Shown here: positions 1 through 11,752 of the stretch, piece by piece | How the letters are laid out: each line of letters opens with the position of its first letter | Numbering within the stretch: the first letter of the stretch is position 1 | Assembly: GCA_002269645.1 (NCBI GenBank) | Contig: NIVC01003082.1 | Location: 56,815-120,814 of the forward strand | Source of the DNA: Macrostomum lignano | Taxonomy: Eukaryota | Reading direction: 5' to 3' | Length of the DNA stretch: 64,000 bases | Program-made: the position numbers and the translations under genes | Notes under the pieces: generated by a model | Databases searched by the model: none | What the model was told of the DNA's origin: nothing | What the model saw: only the letters and a program-made list of their open reading frames with translations

Positions 1-205
1 ACACTTGAGTCAGTACCCCAGACACTTGAGTCAGTACCCAAGACACTTTAGTCAGTACCCCAGACACTTTAGTCAGTACCCCAGACACTTTAGTCAGTGC
101 CCCAGACACTTTAGTCAGTACCCCAGACACTTTAGTCAGTGTCCCAGATGCACTTTAGTCAGTGCAACAGACACATGAGTCTGTGCCCCAGACACTTTAG
201 TCAGT
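1..205. repeat. Minisatellite, 21-bp unit agacactttagtcagtacccc
   Basis: Directly visible; runs off the window start. Confidence 0.9.
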
Positions 206-662
206 GAGCCTGGCATTCCAAGTTCCAATGTGGCGCTCCTTAAATTGCATGTAATCTAGATTAATTAAGATGCACTTATTTCAATTCATTGCGAGCGCAA
301 TAGATTGCATTCAGTTAATCGATCGTACAGCACTTTACCTGCTTGCATACCTGTACTTGTAAAATGTAACTTTAGCGCCAATGCCTGTCCAATTTCTAAG
401 AAAACTTCTCTCCACCGGTGCAAGTCTCAGAGAGTCCTACCTGTAGTGACACCAGTATTGTATCATGTATACCGATAAACTGCTAATGAAATTCTGCGCA
501 GTTTCAAGCTTGCCAGCTACACTCTTATCGGCAAGAAATTTTGATAGCGTATGCTTTAAAAATTCTTCAAGTTGAAACCAGTTCGTTTTGCTCCGACTGA
601 GACAACTTTCACTCAGCTATAGCTGGAAGACTTTTGCTTTTGATTCGACAAATTTTAAAGGC

Positions 663-3600
663 ATGACGACAAAAGCGTACCTTAACGTCGTTTTGGTTGG
701 TAGCATTTTACTGGCGGTGCTAATGAACGCCTCCGATGCCAGACCAGCCGCTTTCAATGCTCCATCGAACCACTATAATTGGCTATCTAGCAGTGGCAGA
801 CTGCAGGGACTTGAGTGCTCGCTGTGCAAAGACTTTGTAGCTCTGGTCAGAAAAGCCCTGGACTCCGGTGGTGAGGCCAGGATAAGCTTTTTTTAACGAA
901 AACTTTAAATTGTAAAATATTTATTGTTGGATATTTACATGTCCAACGTCTGTAAAGCTGTGTCATAAACCGATTCCGTCATACATTCACATGAGCCCAA
1001 AAATTTCCCTTAGCACTACACGTAACGCTGGAAAGTTCTGAACTATTTTAAACACAGTGTCCTGAACTGTCTTCTTTGAGAGCATTCATTAAACATTCCT
1101 TGAACATTAAGTTTTGAATTGTCTTCTTTGAGAACATCATGCATTCTCCAGACAGCAGCAACAAACATGTTTTGTCTTGAACATTGCAACTTTTGTTTAC
1201 ATTTGCAGAGTCCAGCTACGTCCCTGAAATAGCCAAACTAGTCTGCATCATCAAGTACAAGGAGGCTGCGCAAGTGTGCGACGGTGTTGTCACCCTGTGG
1301 CGGGTAAGGCAGTCTGTTTTGCTTTTTATTAGGTCTTTCAACACCTGGCTCAGCATGACCTTTTCATGGTAACATCTTCAAAAGCCAGTCATTTACTTAA
1401 CGCATTCCGTGCAGCCAATCTTCAAGTTCGCCATAGACAAGGTGTACCTATCACCCGAGAATGTCTGCGGCCAGTATCTGGGCAGCGGCTGCTCAAACTC
1501 AACCATACCGGAGCTCAACTACTACTGGAATGTGACCCTGCCGAGTGTGCCTAAGCCGCCTGTGACACCCATTCAGCCACCGACTCCGGGGGCTCGACGA
1601 CTTCGAGTTGCTCACATTAGCGACGTGCACGTGGACATGCTGTACAAGGTTGGGGCCAGTGCCGACTGCGGGCTGCCGACTTGCTGCAGGGTCAGCGACG
1701 GAGATCCGAGTGAGAGCTGTTTGCGTTGGAGCTGTTCGGTAGCTTGTGTTGGAGCTGTTCGGTAGTTTGTGTTAGAGCTGTTCGGTAGTTTGTGTTAGAG
1801 CTGTCTGGTTAGTTTGTGTTGGAGCTGTTCGGTAGTTTGTGTTGGAGCTGTTCGGTAGTTTGTGTTAGAGCTGTTCGGTAGTTTGTGTTAGAGCTGTCTG
1901 GTTAGTTTGTGTTGGAGCTGTTCGGTAGTTTGTGTTGGAGCTGTTCGGTAGTTTGTGTTGGAGCTGTTCTGTAGTTTGTATTGGAGCTTTACTGTAGTTT
2001 GTGTTGGAGCTGTTCGGTAGTTTGTGTTGGAGCTGTTCGGTAGTTAGTGTTGTAGCTGTTCGGTAGTTTGTGTTGGAGCTGTTCGGTAGTTTGTGTTAGA
2101 GCTGTCTGGTTAGTTTGTGTTGGAGCTGTTCGGTAGTTTGTGTTGGAGCTGTTCGGTAGTTTGTGTTGGAGCTGTTTGGTAGTTTGTGTTGGAGCTGTTT
2201 GGTAGTTTGTGTTGGAGCTGTTCGGTAGTTTGTGTTGGAGCTGTTCGGTAGTTTGTGTTGGAGCTGTTCGGTAGTTTGTGTTAGAGCTGTCTGGTTAGTT
2301 TGTGTTGGAGCTGTTCGGTGGTTTGTATTGGAGCTTTACTGTAGTTTGTGTTGGAGCTGTTCGGTAGTTTGTGTTGGAGCTGTTCGGTAGTTTGTGTTGG
2401 AGCTGTTTGGTAGTTTGTGTTGGAGCTGTTTGGTAGTTTGTGTTGGAGCTGTTCGGTAGTTTGTGTTGGAGCTGTTCGGTAGTTTGTGTTGGAGCTGTTC
2501 GGTAGTTTGTGTTAGAGCTGTCTGGTTAGTTTGTGTTGGAGCTGTTCGGTGGTTTGTATTGGAGCTTTACTGTAGTTTGTGTTGGAGCTGTTCGGTAGTT
2601 TGTGTTGGAGCTGTTCTGTAGTTTGTATTGGAGCTTTACTGTAGTTTGTGTTGGAGCTGTTCGGTAGTTTGTGTTGGAGCTGTTCGGTAGTTAGTGTTGT
2701 AGCTGTTCGGTAGTTTGTCTTGGAGCTGTTCGGTGGTTTGTATTGGAGCTTTACTGTAGTTTGTGTTGGGGCTGTTCGGTGGTTTGTGTTGGAGCTTTTA
2801 TGTCGTTTGTGTTAGAGCTGTTTGGTAGTTTGTGTTAGAGCTGTTTGGTAGTTCGTGTTGGAGCTGTTCGGTAGTTTGTGTTGGAGCAGTTTGGTAGTTT
2901 GTGTTGTAGCTGTTCGGTAGTTTGTGTTGGAGCTGTTCGGTAGTTTGTGTTGGAGCTGTTCGGTAGTTTGTGTTGGAGCAGTTTGGTAGTTTGTGTTGTA
3001 GCTGTTCGGTAGTTTGTGTTGGAGCTGTTCGGTAGTTTGTGTTGGAGCTGTTCGGTAGTTTGTATTGGAGCTTTACTGTAGTTTGTGTTGGAGCTGTTCG
3101 GTAGCTTGTGTTGGAGCTATTCGGTAGTTGTGTTGGAGCTGTTCGGTAGTTTGTGTTGGAGCTGTCTGGTAGTTTGTGTTGGAACTGTTCGGTACCTTGG
3201 GTTGGACCTGCTGAAATCAGAAAAGTACATTTAGCTTTAAAGTTATTACCATGGTAATTCCACGGTATTTCCATACTGTCTCAAATCGAATCACCCAGGC
3301 ACGTCAAAGCGCAGAGCGGCTTACTGGGGCGACTACAACTGCGACCTTCCTTGGTGGTCCTTGGATCGAATCTTCAGCCAATTGAATCGCACAGAGAAGG
3401 TCTAGCATGCAAAATTTTGTCTTTTAATGTTAACTAATGTTCTTCTAAGACACCTACCTGTCTAAAAGACGCGGTATACTTCCTTTCTTAAGATAAACTT
3501 ATTACTGATGCAAATTTTCTCACTTCCAATCCTGTCAGTTCGACGCCATCTATTTCACGGGCGACCTTCCCGACCATCACGTGTGGGAGCAGACTCGGGA

Positions 3601-6600
3601 GCAGCAGGTCGACATCTACCGGAATTTCACCGCCCTATTGAGCAAATATTTTCCCGACGTGGCGTTCGTTGCCGCGCTTGGCAACCATGAGAGCGTGCCG
3701 GTTAACAGGTGAGCTTATGGGATAATGAACATTGAATATTGGCCATATTGTATCGCCCAAAATTTAGCTCGCGTCCGCGTGCATGGCCGCTAACGTTTAT
3801 ACCGCTAAGCTGCTCTGCCCACGGTAATTTCAGCTTCCCTCCACGCTACATCAAGGGCAACGAGTCGATGGATTGGTACTATCCGGCGCTGTGGGAGTTC
3901 CTGTCGCCCTGGGTCCCGTCGGATCAGAAGGAAAATGTTCTGAAGTGAGTGCAAAGTGAACGCCAGCTGCCACAGCCATCACCAGCAGAACAACCCTTCA
4001 GCAGCACCTACATAGTGCCCTCTCACAGAGTCCCCTACACAGTGCCCCCTACACAGTGCCCCCTAAGTGCCCCCACAGTGCCCCCTACACAGTGCCCCCT
4101 TACACAGTGCCCCCTAAGTGCCCCCTACACAGTGCCCCCTAAGTGCCCCTATACAGTGCCCCCTTACATGTACACAGTGCCCCCTAAGTGCCCCTATACA
4201 GTGCCCCCTTACATGTACACAGTGCCCCCTACACAGTGCCCCCTAAGTGCCCCCTACACAGTGCCCCCTACACAGTGCCCCCTAAGTGCCCCCTACACAA
4301 TGCCCCCTACACAGTGCCCCCTACACAGTGCCCCCTACACAATGCCCACACAGGGAAATTTGATAACACATCCAACACTGACTATTTCAGAGGTGGCTAC
4401 TACACCCAACTTCTGTACCCCGGCTTTCGAGTTGTGTCGCTAAATTTGAACTACGGCAACAATTTGAATTGGTGCGCTTTTTAACGGAATTAAAACTGAT
4501 TGATTCGATCAAAATCAGATTGCTCTAAAGTCAAGCATTTTTTTCATTCCATATTTAAATATGGTAAATAAGAAAATAACAATTTACAGGTGGATACTAC
4601 AGAACATCACGGATCCAGACGATCAGCTTCAGTGGCTAATTAGCGTGCTCCAGCGAGCCGAGAGCAACGGTGAGAAGGTGCACATACTTGGCCACATACC
4701 GTCTTCCGACTTGATTAAAGGATATTCGTGGAATTATTTCAAAATTGCCGAAAGGTTTGTGACTAAATTTGTTCAGCAACTGGACATTATTCGATAGATA
4801 AGAGTTAAAAAAAAGTCATATCGTCAAAGGTCAAGCCACGGACGGTGTACATCCTGAAACCCACCCAGCATCTCCCGCCCCTCCAACAGATACGAATCCA
4901 CCATCACGGGTCACTTTTTTGGTCACACGCACCACGACGAACTCGGGGTGTACTTTGACCCGGCCAACACAACCAGAGCATTCGGCACGGCCTACATCGT
5001 TGGCAGTCTGAAAACTGACGACAATCCTAGCTACAGGGTTTACGAAGTGGACGGAGGCTATGCCAACGCCTCGTGGGTGAGTGCACTAATCAAGTATCGA
5101 ACTATACATATCGGCTAGCGCTCATTAGGCTTTAAAATACGTCATAAGAGATGTGAGCTTCTTTCGTTTTTTTTCTCAAAGTACCATTGAGATTAGACTG
5201 AGGACAATAATCTGTTCTCAATGGGACTTAGAAAACAACAGAGTATTGTCCTCAAAGTCTCATTGAGAATGGACTATTGTCCTCAAAGTCCCATTGAGAA
5301 CAAACTATTGTCCTCAAAGTCCCATTGAGAATAAGACTATTGTCCTCAAAGTCTCATTGAGAATGGACTATTGTCGTCAAAGTTTCATTGAGAATAGACT
5401 ATTGTCCTCAAAATTCCATTGAGAATAGACTATTGTCCTCAAAGTCCCATTGAGAATAGACTATTGTCCTTAAAGTCTCATTGAGAACAGACTATTGTAC
5501 TCAAATCTCATTGAGAATAGACTATTGTCCTCAAAGTCCCATTGAGAATAGACTATTGTCCTTAAAGTCTCATTGAGAATAGACTATTGTCCTCAAATCT
5601 CATTGAGAATAGACTATTGTCCTGAAAGCATCATCAATTGATAATGAAGCTAAAATCTTTTTTCAGCAAGTGCTCGACTATTACAACTACATATTCAATC
5701 TGACCGAAGCTAACCAAGCTGGCCAACAGCGCGATCCGACTTGGATTCTGGAGTATCAGCCTACTGTAAGTAGAAATGTCAAAAAATTGTCACAATAATT
5801 TATGTATAGGTTTTAGTAAGATTTTTAATATATTTCATCACAGAAAGACTACGGTCTGAGATACGCGTTTCCTGCCGAGTGGGCGAAACTGATTGACAGA
5901 TTTGAGCAGAGCGACGAATTATTTCAACTGTACATCAGGTCAGTTCTATTGAGACTGGTACCCTCAAAATCTTATTGAATTAGATTGTTGTCCTCAAGAT
6001 CTCGTTGAGATTAGACTATTTTCCTCGAAATCTTATTGAGATTAGACTGGTTTACTCACAATTTCACTGAGATTAGATTCCATTTTGGAGGCCTCTAAAT
6101 CTCATTGAGATTAGGCTGGTGTCCTCAAAATCTCATCGAGATTAGACTGGTGCCCTCAAAATCTCATTGAGATTAGACTGGTGTCTTCAAAATCTCATTG
6201 AGATTAGACTGGTGTCTTCAAAATCTCATTGAGATTAGACTGGTGTCTTCAAAATCTCGTTAAAACTAGGCTGGTTTCCTCAAAATCTCATTGAGATGAG
6301 GCTTGAGTCCTCACAATCTCATAGAGATTAAATGTTGGTCTCTAAATCTCATTGAGATTGAATTGATGGTCCCTAAATCTCATTGAGATTAGTCTGGTGC
6401 CTTCAAAATCTCATTGAGATTATTTTGGTTTCCTCACAAGTTCATTGAGATTAGACTGGTGTCCTCAACACTATACACTGCATTCTGTCAAAAATGCTTC
6501 CTACATCATCAACGCCCGCAGGTTCTATCACAAGTCGCACCTGCTCAGCTCTCAGCAGCCGTGCACAGGTGACTGCAAGCGGCAGTTCATCTGTCGAATG

Positions 6601-6639
6601 CGGAACATGCGATCAGGGGACGACTCGATTCCGTGCTGA
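663..6639 (+). CDS. SMPD1: Acid sphingomyelinase (signal peptide, saposin-B domain, calcineurin-like metallophosphoesterase), 12 exons, about 574 aa
   Basis: Exons 663-870, 1209-1303, 1415-1709, 3299-3399, 3539-3708, 3834-3944, 4391-4471, 4590-4754, 4890-5076, 5667-5765, 5844-5938, 6522-6639, all GT-AG and phase-consistent (1725 nt). Motifs: saposin CSLC...C...VC...LSPENVCG; ISDVHVD; CGLPTCCR; YWGDYNCDLP; TGDLPDH; LGNHES; GHIP; FFGHTHHDE; NPSYRVYEVD; Cys-rich C-terminus. Confidence 0.93.
1712..3196. repeat. Minisatellite, 23-bp unit ggagctgttcggtagtttgtgtt (SMPD1 intron 3)
   Basis: About 64 units; begins at the splice donor. Confidence 0.95.
4010..4350. repeat. Minisatellite, about 13-14-bp unit acagtgccccct(ac/aa) (SMPD1 intron 6)
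   Basis: Visible tandem variants. Confidence 0.9.
5255..5625. repeat. Minisatellite, 31-bp unit ctcattgagaatagactattgtcctcaaagt (SMPD1 intron 9)
   Basis: Visible tandem copies. Confidence 0.9.
5945..6465. repeat. Minisatellite, 31-bp unit ctcattgagattagactggtgtcttcaaaat (SMPD1 intron 11)
   Basis: Visible tandem copies; related to the intron-9 unit. Confidence 0.88.
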
Positions 6640-7457
6640 TTCGGTGCATTTTGGGAACGTTAATTCAAATAAAATGAATCCTAAAACAAATTTAATATTT
6701 TTTCTTAATCCTAATCTTAAGTCTTCATCCTTAAATCAATAGCTGAAATATTAATTCTATTGCTATCTATCAATTATTCTAAATAAACTTTTGCTTATTT
6801 GCTTACAAACTTAATTACTAATTGCTAGGCTAATCGAATGGCGTTGGAATTTCTGTGCAAAGTCATTCTTCGAAATATAACGTATTAAAAATGAGCAATT
6901 CATAGTAGTTTTCGTGCGAATTTGAATATTGGTTCAAGTGCATCGCGAATAGTAATTTCAAATTGCAGACTCATTCGTCTGTGTAATTGTCAGAAGCTCG
7001 GTTTCTGAGCCGCAAATTCAAACCTACGAGGCTTTGTCTGGACAAATTAGGTCTTTGAGAGCGCGACATGGAGGAAATTTTACCTCCTAAGATCTTTGCG
7101 TAGGAAGCTGAGTGCAAACTCATCATGAAACAGTCAACTTTGATTAAGTGCTCAGCTGCCGGCAGCGGATGTCATACTCTGCTTCTGCGATGCAGATAGC
7201 ATCCACCTTAAATGTTTGAGGGATCTGTCAATTTTGTCTTATGCCACATCAAGTAAATTGGGCTGGGCAAATAGACTGAACATGTAGCTGAGTAGTAGAA
7301 TGAGAAGGAGAAACTCGATACTTAGAATCCTGTGAACCGTCAGCTGCTCACACATTGTTCAATTTCATACAAATAAGATCTATTTTCAACCCATAAATTC
7401 AGTAGAAGAGAGATTCTCTGCAAGATCATTGCCTAACAATTTTGGTGGCTCGAAGGC

Positions 7458-8162
7458 ATGAAAACAAAACAACTGCTTCGACTGACCCTGGCTGCCGGGC
7501 TGGCGGCCCTCGCCTCTGCCGCCTGCGTCGCTCCGTTTATCGACAGGCTGGGCAGCTGCGTCTTCATCGGCGACAACCCCAGCGTTTCCAGCTGGTGCGA
7601 CGCAGCCAGACTGTGCCTGGGCATCGGCGGAGAGCTGCTGATGGACCTGACTGCCATCCGAGCTGTCAATCACTGGAATGATACTTACTTCATCGGAGTG
7701 ACGGACCTCCTGGTTGAGTCGGGCACGTCTCGCAGCGGTTGGAGATTCGCCAACGGCTCGCTGTTTCCGATTTTGGATAACAGCGACTGGAAGACCGGCT
7801 TACCGAACAGCCTAACGGAAGATGATGACTTTGTAGCTGTCAGCAAGGCTGGCTTGCGAGACAGAGAAGCGAATTTGGACAAAAAATTCATCTGCCAGCC
7901 GATCGCGACGCCGAACAGCAAGTACCTGGAGCGAGCGGAGTTCCTGAGGCTGGGCAACATCAGTCCTGTCTACTGCTACACTGACGCCTCGGTGAGCTCG
8001 GAGCTTCACTGCCTGTGGCTCTGCGTGCAGCGCTGGGAGTGCCGGGCCGTCCTGTTCAACCGGGCCAGCGGCGCCTGCCGCATGCTGGACTTCGCTGATT
8101 CGAGCGTCGGCGACGCCATCGAGACCGACCCGAGCTGGGCCAAGTTTGTCAAGAAGTATTAA
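7458..8162 (+). CDS. Secreted C-type lectin-like domain + PAN/Apple domain protein, copy 1 (234 aa, single coding exon)
   Basis: Hydrophobic signal peptide; CTLD pattern C..F...GSC.F......W.DA...C...GG.L / FIGVTD / W..G.PN / FICQ; PAN pattern C...V.S...C...C.....C.AV.F....G.C. Confidence 0.85.
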   Translation: MKTKQLLRLTLAAGLAALASAACVAPFIDRLGSCVFIGDNPSVSSWCDAARLCLGIGGELLMDLTAIRAVNHWNDTYFIGVTDLLVESGTSRSGWRFANGSLFPILDNSDWKTGLPNSLTEDDDFVAVSKAGLRDREANLDKKFICQPIATPNSKYLERAEFLRLGNISPVYCYTDASVSSELHCLWLCVQRWECRAVLFNRASGACRMLDFADSSVGDAIETDPSWAKFVKKY

Positions 8163-9225
8163 ACAATAGCGAGCGTAACTTCAACTGGACTTCATTTGGC
8201 CTCGATCTGATTAACGTCTTGGATGACTTAAAAGTCTTGGATGACTTAAAAGTCTTGGATGACACTGATTAGAACTTTCAATTTAAAAACACGACCAGAC
8301 CAAAGTGCAGCCTATAATTATATGCTAATTTAGTTTCCCTAATTTTACCAGAAACTGATAATTGACATTAAAAGCGTATTCGAAAGTTCGAGCTTTGAAT
8401 CGCCGCGATCTATGCGGACTCTAAGCAACTGCAGGAGCTACCGGCAGCTCATCTCAGCCTGCAGTATCTCTAACAAAAGCCTCTCAATGTCTTTTACCAT
8501 CGACTCTATCTCCTAATCCTATTTCTTGAGAGGATGTCAAGAAAAAAGCAAGCTTTCTCCTGACATGGAAGCTGGCAATGCAAGTATTGATTGATGCCGC
8601 GAGATAACATACAATGCCAAACCTGTACTAATATCACCTGCGGCCTAAAAATTTTTCTCACAAAGCTGTTACAAAGAAAGGATGAGAAACAAGGAAAGCT
8701 CGTTAGGTTTTGGCAAAGCTAGTTAGTTATGTTTTGAGAAGTCTCTCATGGCAACAGGTGCGCTTGTTCAGACGTATGGTATACGCATGCTGAAAACTAG
8801 AGAAAAGACAGTAAAAAACGTATCGAAAAGCAGTCTGTTTCGCTGTTTCGTAGAAGAGATGGAAAACGGAAAAAAGACCGACAACTTAAGGAATATAACA
8901 AATAGCTGAACTTTTTACACCACTTTGGCAAGTTAGATACTCGTTAGGATAGTCGGCTTTGTAAATATACTATTTGCTATCTGTGTTTCACTGCCTGCAT
9001 CTAGCTCGTACTATGCATACTAAAAGTTACAACCTAAAAAACCATGGATAGCCAAGATTTCATTCATATAAAAAACCAAGCAGCAGTCGTCATAAGACCA
9101 ATCCTTTAGGGGCATCAAAATTGTATGGAATTGCCTGAACTTTGTAGCATTTGCGATTACGAAAAGCTTGTAATATAGTCTATATAATATTACACACAGG
9201 ACAAGCAAGGGAGTTTCTCAATTAG

Positions 9226-9933
9226 TCAGTACACCTTGACGAACTTGGCCCAGCTCGGGTCGGTCTCGATGGCGTCGCCGACGCTCGAGTCAGCGAAGTC
9301 CAGCATGCGGCAGGCGCCGCTGACCCGGTTGAACAGGACGGCCCGGCACTCCCAGCGCTGCACGCAGAGCCACAGGCAGCGAAGCTCCGAGCTCACCGAG
9401 GCGTCAGTGTAGCAGTAGACAGGACTGATGTTGCCCAGCCTCAGGAACTCCGCTCGCTCCAGGAACTCGCTGTTCGGCGTCGCGATCGGCTGGCAGACGA
9501 ATTTTTTGTCATGTTTCCCGGGTCTGTCTCGCAAGCCAGCTTTGCTGACCACTACAAAGTCATCGTCTTCCGTGTGGTTGTTCGGCAAGCCAGACACCCA
9601 GTCGCTGCCATCCAAAATCGGAAACAGCGAGCCGTTGGCGAATCTCCAGCCGCTTCGAGACCTGCCCGCCTCAACCAGGAGGTCCGTCACTCCGATGAAG
9701 TAAAAATCAATCCAGTGATTGGCAGCTCGGATGGCAGTCAGGTCCATCAGCAGCTCTCCGCCGATGCCCAGGCACAGTCTGGCTGCGTCGCACCAGCTGG
9801 AAACGCTGGGGTTGTCGCCGATGAAGACGCAGCTGCCCAGCCTGTCGATGAAGGGAGCGACGCAGGCGCTAGAGACAAGGGCAGTCAGTCCGGCAGCCAA
9901 GAAGCTCAGCTGGGCAAGTCGTCTTGCTGCCAT
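9226..9933 (-). CDS. CTLD + PAN/Apple protein, copy 2 (235 aa)
   Basis: Intact ORF, near-identical to copy 1 outside the signal peptide and variable loop. Confidence 0.85.
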   Translation of the reverse strand: MAARRLAQLSFLAAGLTALVSSACVAPFIDRLGSCVFIGDNPSVSSWCDAARLCLGIGGELLMDLTAIRAANHWIDFYFIGVTDLLVEAGRSRSGWRFANGSLFPILDGSDWVSGLPNNHTEDDDFVVVSKAGLRDRPGKHDKKFVCQPIATPNSEFLERAEFLRLGNISPVYCYTDASVSSELRCLWLCVQRWECRAVLFNRVSGACRMLDFADSSVGDAIETDPSWAKFVKVY

Positions 9934-10212
9934 TGTGCGTCAGTTCAAATATTTTAGTCCGGTAGAGTTGTTATTTAACCAAGAAATTTCTATTGCACGA
10001 TTATAAAATTTATCCTTACAATGGGACCGAAAAAATGGATGCGTTGAACCAATGAAAGAAAACGTACAATTGCAGGCTGGTTGCAGCTGATTGGTTGCTG
10101 CAGCCTGTTGTGAAGTGTAAGTGAGCTCCACTCATTAGCTCGTACTACTAAATGATTTGGTTGAGTCGTTAAGGGAATGCTATGCACGTGGTTTGTTAGA
10201 TGTGCATGCGTG

Positions 10213-10356
10213 AGGGTTGCAGTCTAGTGGTCAGAGCGTCTTGCACACGATGGAAAGGTCGGGGATTCGATTCTCGTCGCACTTGGAACAATTTGCGTCC
10301 TTGAGAAAAGCACTTAACTCGGCATTGCTTCAGTTCACTCAGCTGTAAAATGGGTT
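10213..10356 (+). mobile_element. tRNA-derived SINE (A/B-box head plus conserved body)
   Basis: Box-A-like tagtggtcagagc and box-B-like ggattcgattc, followed by gtccttgagaaaagcacttaac...cagttcactcagctgtaaaatggg, resembling the conserved central domain of widespread metazoan SINEs (from memory of consensus). Confidence 0.65.
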
Positions 10357-11062
10357 CAGATGTGCCGCGCAATCAACTGCCCTGATGATTGAAAGATTTT
10401 TTAAAGTAGCGTTTAGTTACCAAGGCAAGGTTCTAAATACAGTAGAGGCACCTAGTAGACAAAAAACACAAAGAAACCGTTAATAATGTTTTAATAAAAA
10501 TTCACTTGCTACAGTATTTTCAGTAGCATCGAAGATTTTATTGTCGAAATCCTGCGGCGCTGAGACGAAGCAAATAGCGCTGAGGCAATTCTGTCCGTTC
10601 CACTGACTCCTGAGCATACAAGCGCGCCAATACTGTACCACAGGCACAGCACTCATACACACAATCGTCAGGCACTCTGTGCCTTGAGGGTTGGCCCTCA
10701 TATCTGTGAGTATGTGACAGCTGTGGCAGCTGTGGCGCGAGAGTCAGAAGCGTTCACCGCTGGGCTGCCCTGCCCCTTAAAAATGGGTATCGATGCTTAT
10801 GGCTTGATTGTTTAAACAAATGAGCTCTGTATCCAACCCACACGGAATCATTTCTGCCTCCCAACACAGGCCCGAGGACTGCGCAACCAATGAAACCCGA
10901 TATGCAGATCCCACACTGGCATCTAGGAGCCAGTAAGAGTCCCTCACTATAAGCAGGGTACGCTCTTTCATCATTGGCAAAAGATTTAAAATAAATGCAG
11001 TCCTGTTACTTTGCTGTTTCTAACTGCACCTGCATGAAGGCTAGAAAACAAATTTCGGAATA

Positions 11063-11752
11063 ATGATTCAGCCGGCTCTGATCGCTGTGCTGATTGCCAC
11101 CGCCTCCGGTCACTGCGTTGCTCCCTTCATCGACAGGCTGGGCAGCTGCGTCTTCATCGGCGAAAACCCCAGCGTTTCCAGCTGGTGCGACGCAGCCAGA
11201 CTGTGCCTGAGCATCGGCGGAGAGCTGCTGATGGACCTGACTGCCATCCGAGCTGCCAATCACTGGAATGATACTTATTTGATCGGAGTGACGGACCTCC
11301 TGGTTGAGGCGGGCACGTCTCGCAGCGGTTGGAGATTCGCCAACGGCTCGCTGTTTCCGACTTTGGATGACAGCGACTGGGTGTCTGGCTTACCGAACAG
11401 CCTAACGAAAGATGACGACTTTTTATCTGTCAGCAAAGCTGGCTTGCGGGACAGACGACCGAATTGGGACAACACATTCGTCTGCCAGCCGATCGCGACG
11501 CCGAACAGCAAGTACCTGGAGCGAGCGGAGTTCCTGAGGCTGGGCAACATCAGTCCTGTCTACTGCTACACTGACGCCTCGGTGAGCTCGGAGCTTCGCT
11601 GCCTGTGGCTCTGCGTGCAGCGCTGGGAGTGCCGGGCCGTCCTGTTCAACCGGGCCAGCGGCGCCTGCCGCATGCTGGACTTCGCTGACTCGAGCGTCGG
11701 CGACGCCATCGAGACCGACCCGAGCTGGGCCAAGTTCGTCAAGAAGTACTGA
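11063..11752 (+). CDS. CTLD + PAN/Apple protein, copy 3 (229 aa)
   Basis: Intact ORF, signal peptide MIQPALIAVLIATASG. Confidence 0.85.
   Translation: MIQPALIAVLIATASGHCVAPFIDRLGSCVFIGENPSVSSWCDAARLCLSIGGELLMDLTAIRAANHWNDTYLIGVTDLLVEAGTSRSGWRFANGSLFPTLDDSDWVSGLPNSLTKDDDFLSVSKAGLRDRRPNWDNTFVCQPIATPNSKYLERAEFLRLGNISPVYCYTDASVSSELRCLWLCVQRWECRAVLFNRASGACRMLDFADSSVGDAIETDPSWAKFVKKY

Noticed and set aside
7386-7960. Antisense and alternative-frame ORFs over the lectin copies (MLPSLRNSAR..., MIDSSDGSQ...)
   Set aside because: By-products of high GC3 in the true frame; they recur only because the genes are duplicated.
10213-10280. Functional tRNA gene
   Set aside because: No convincing cloverleaf or acceptor stem, and it is followed by a SINE-like body.
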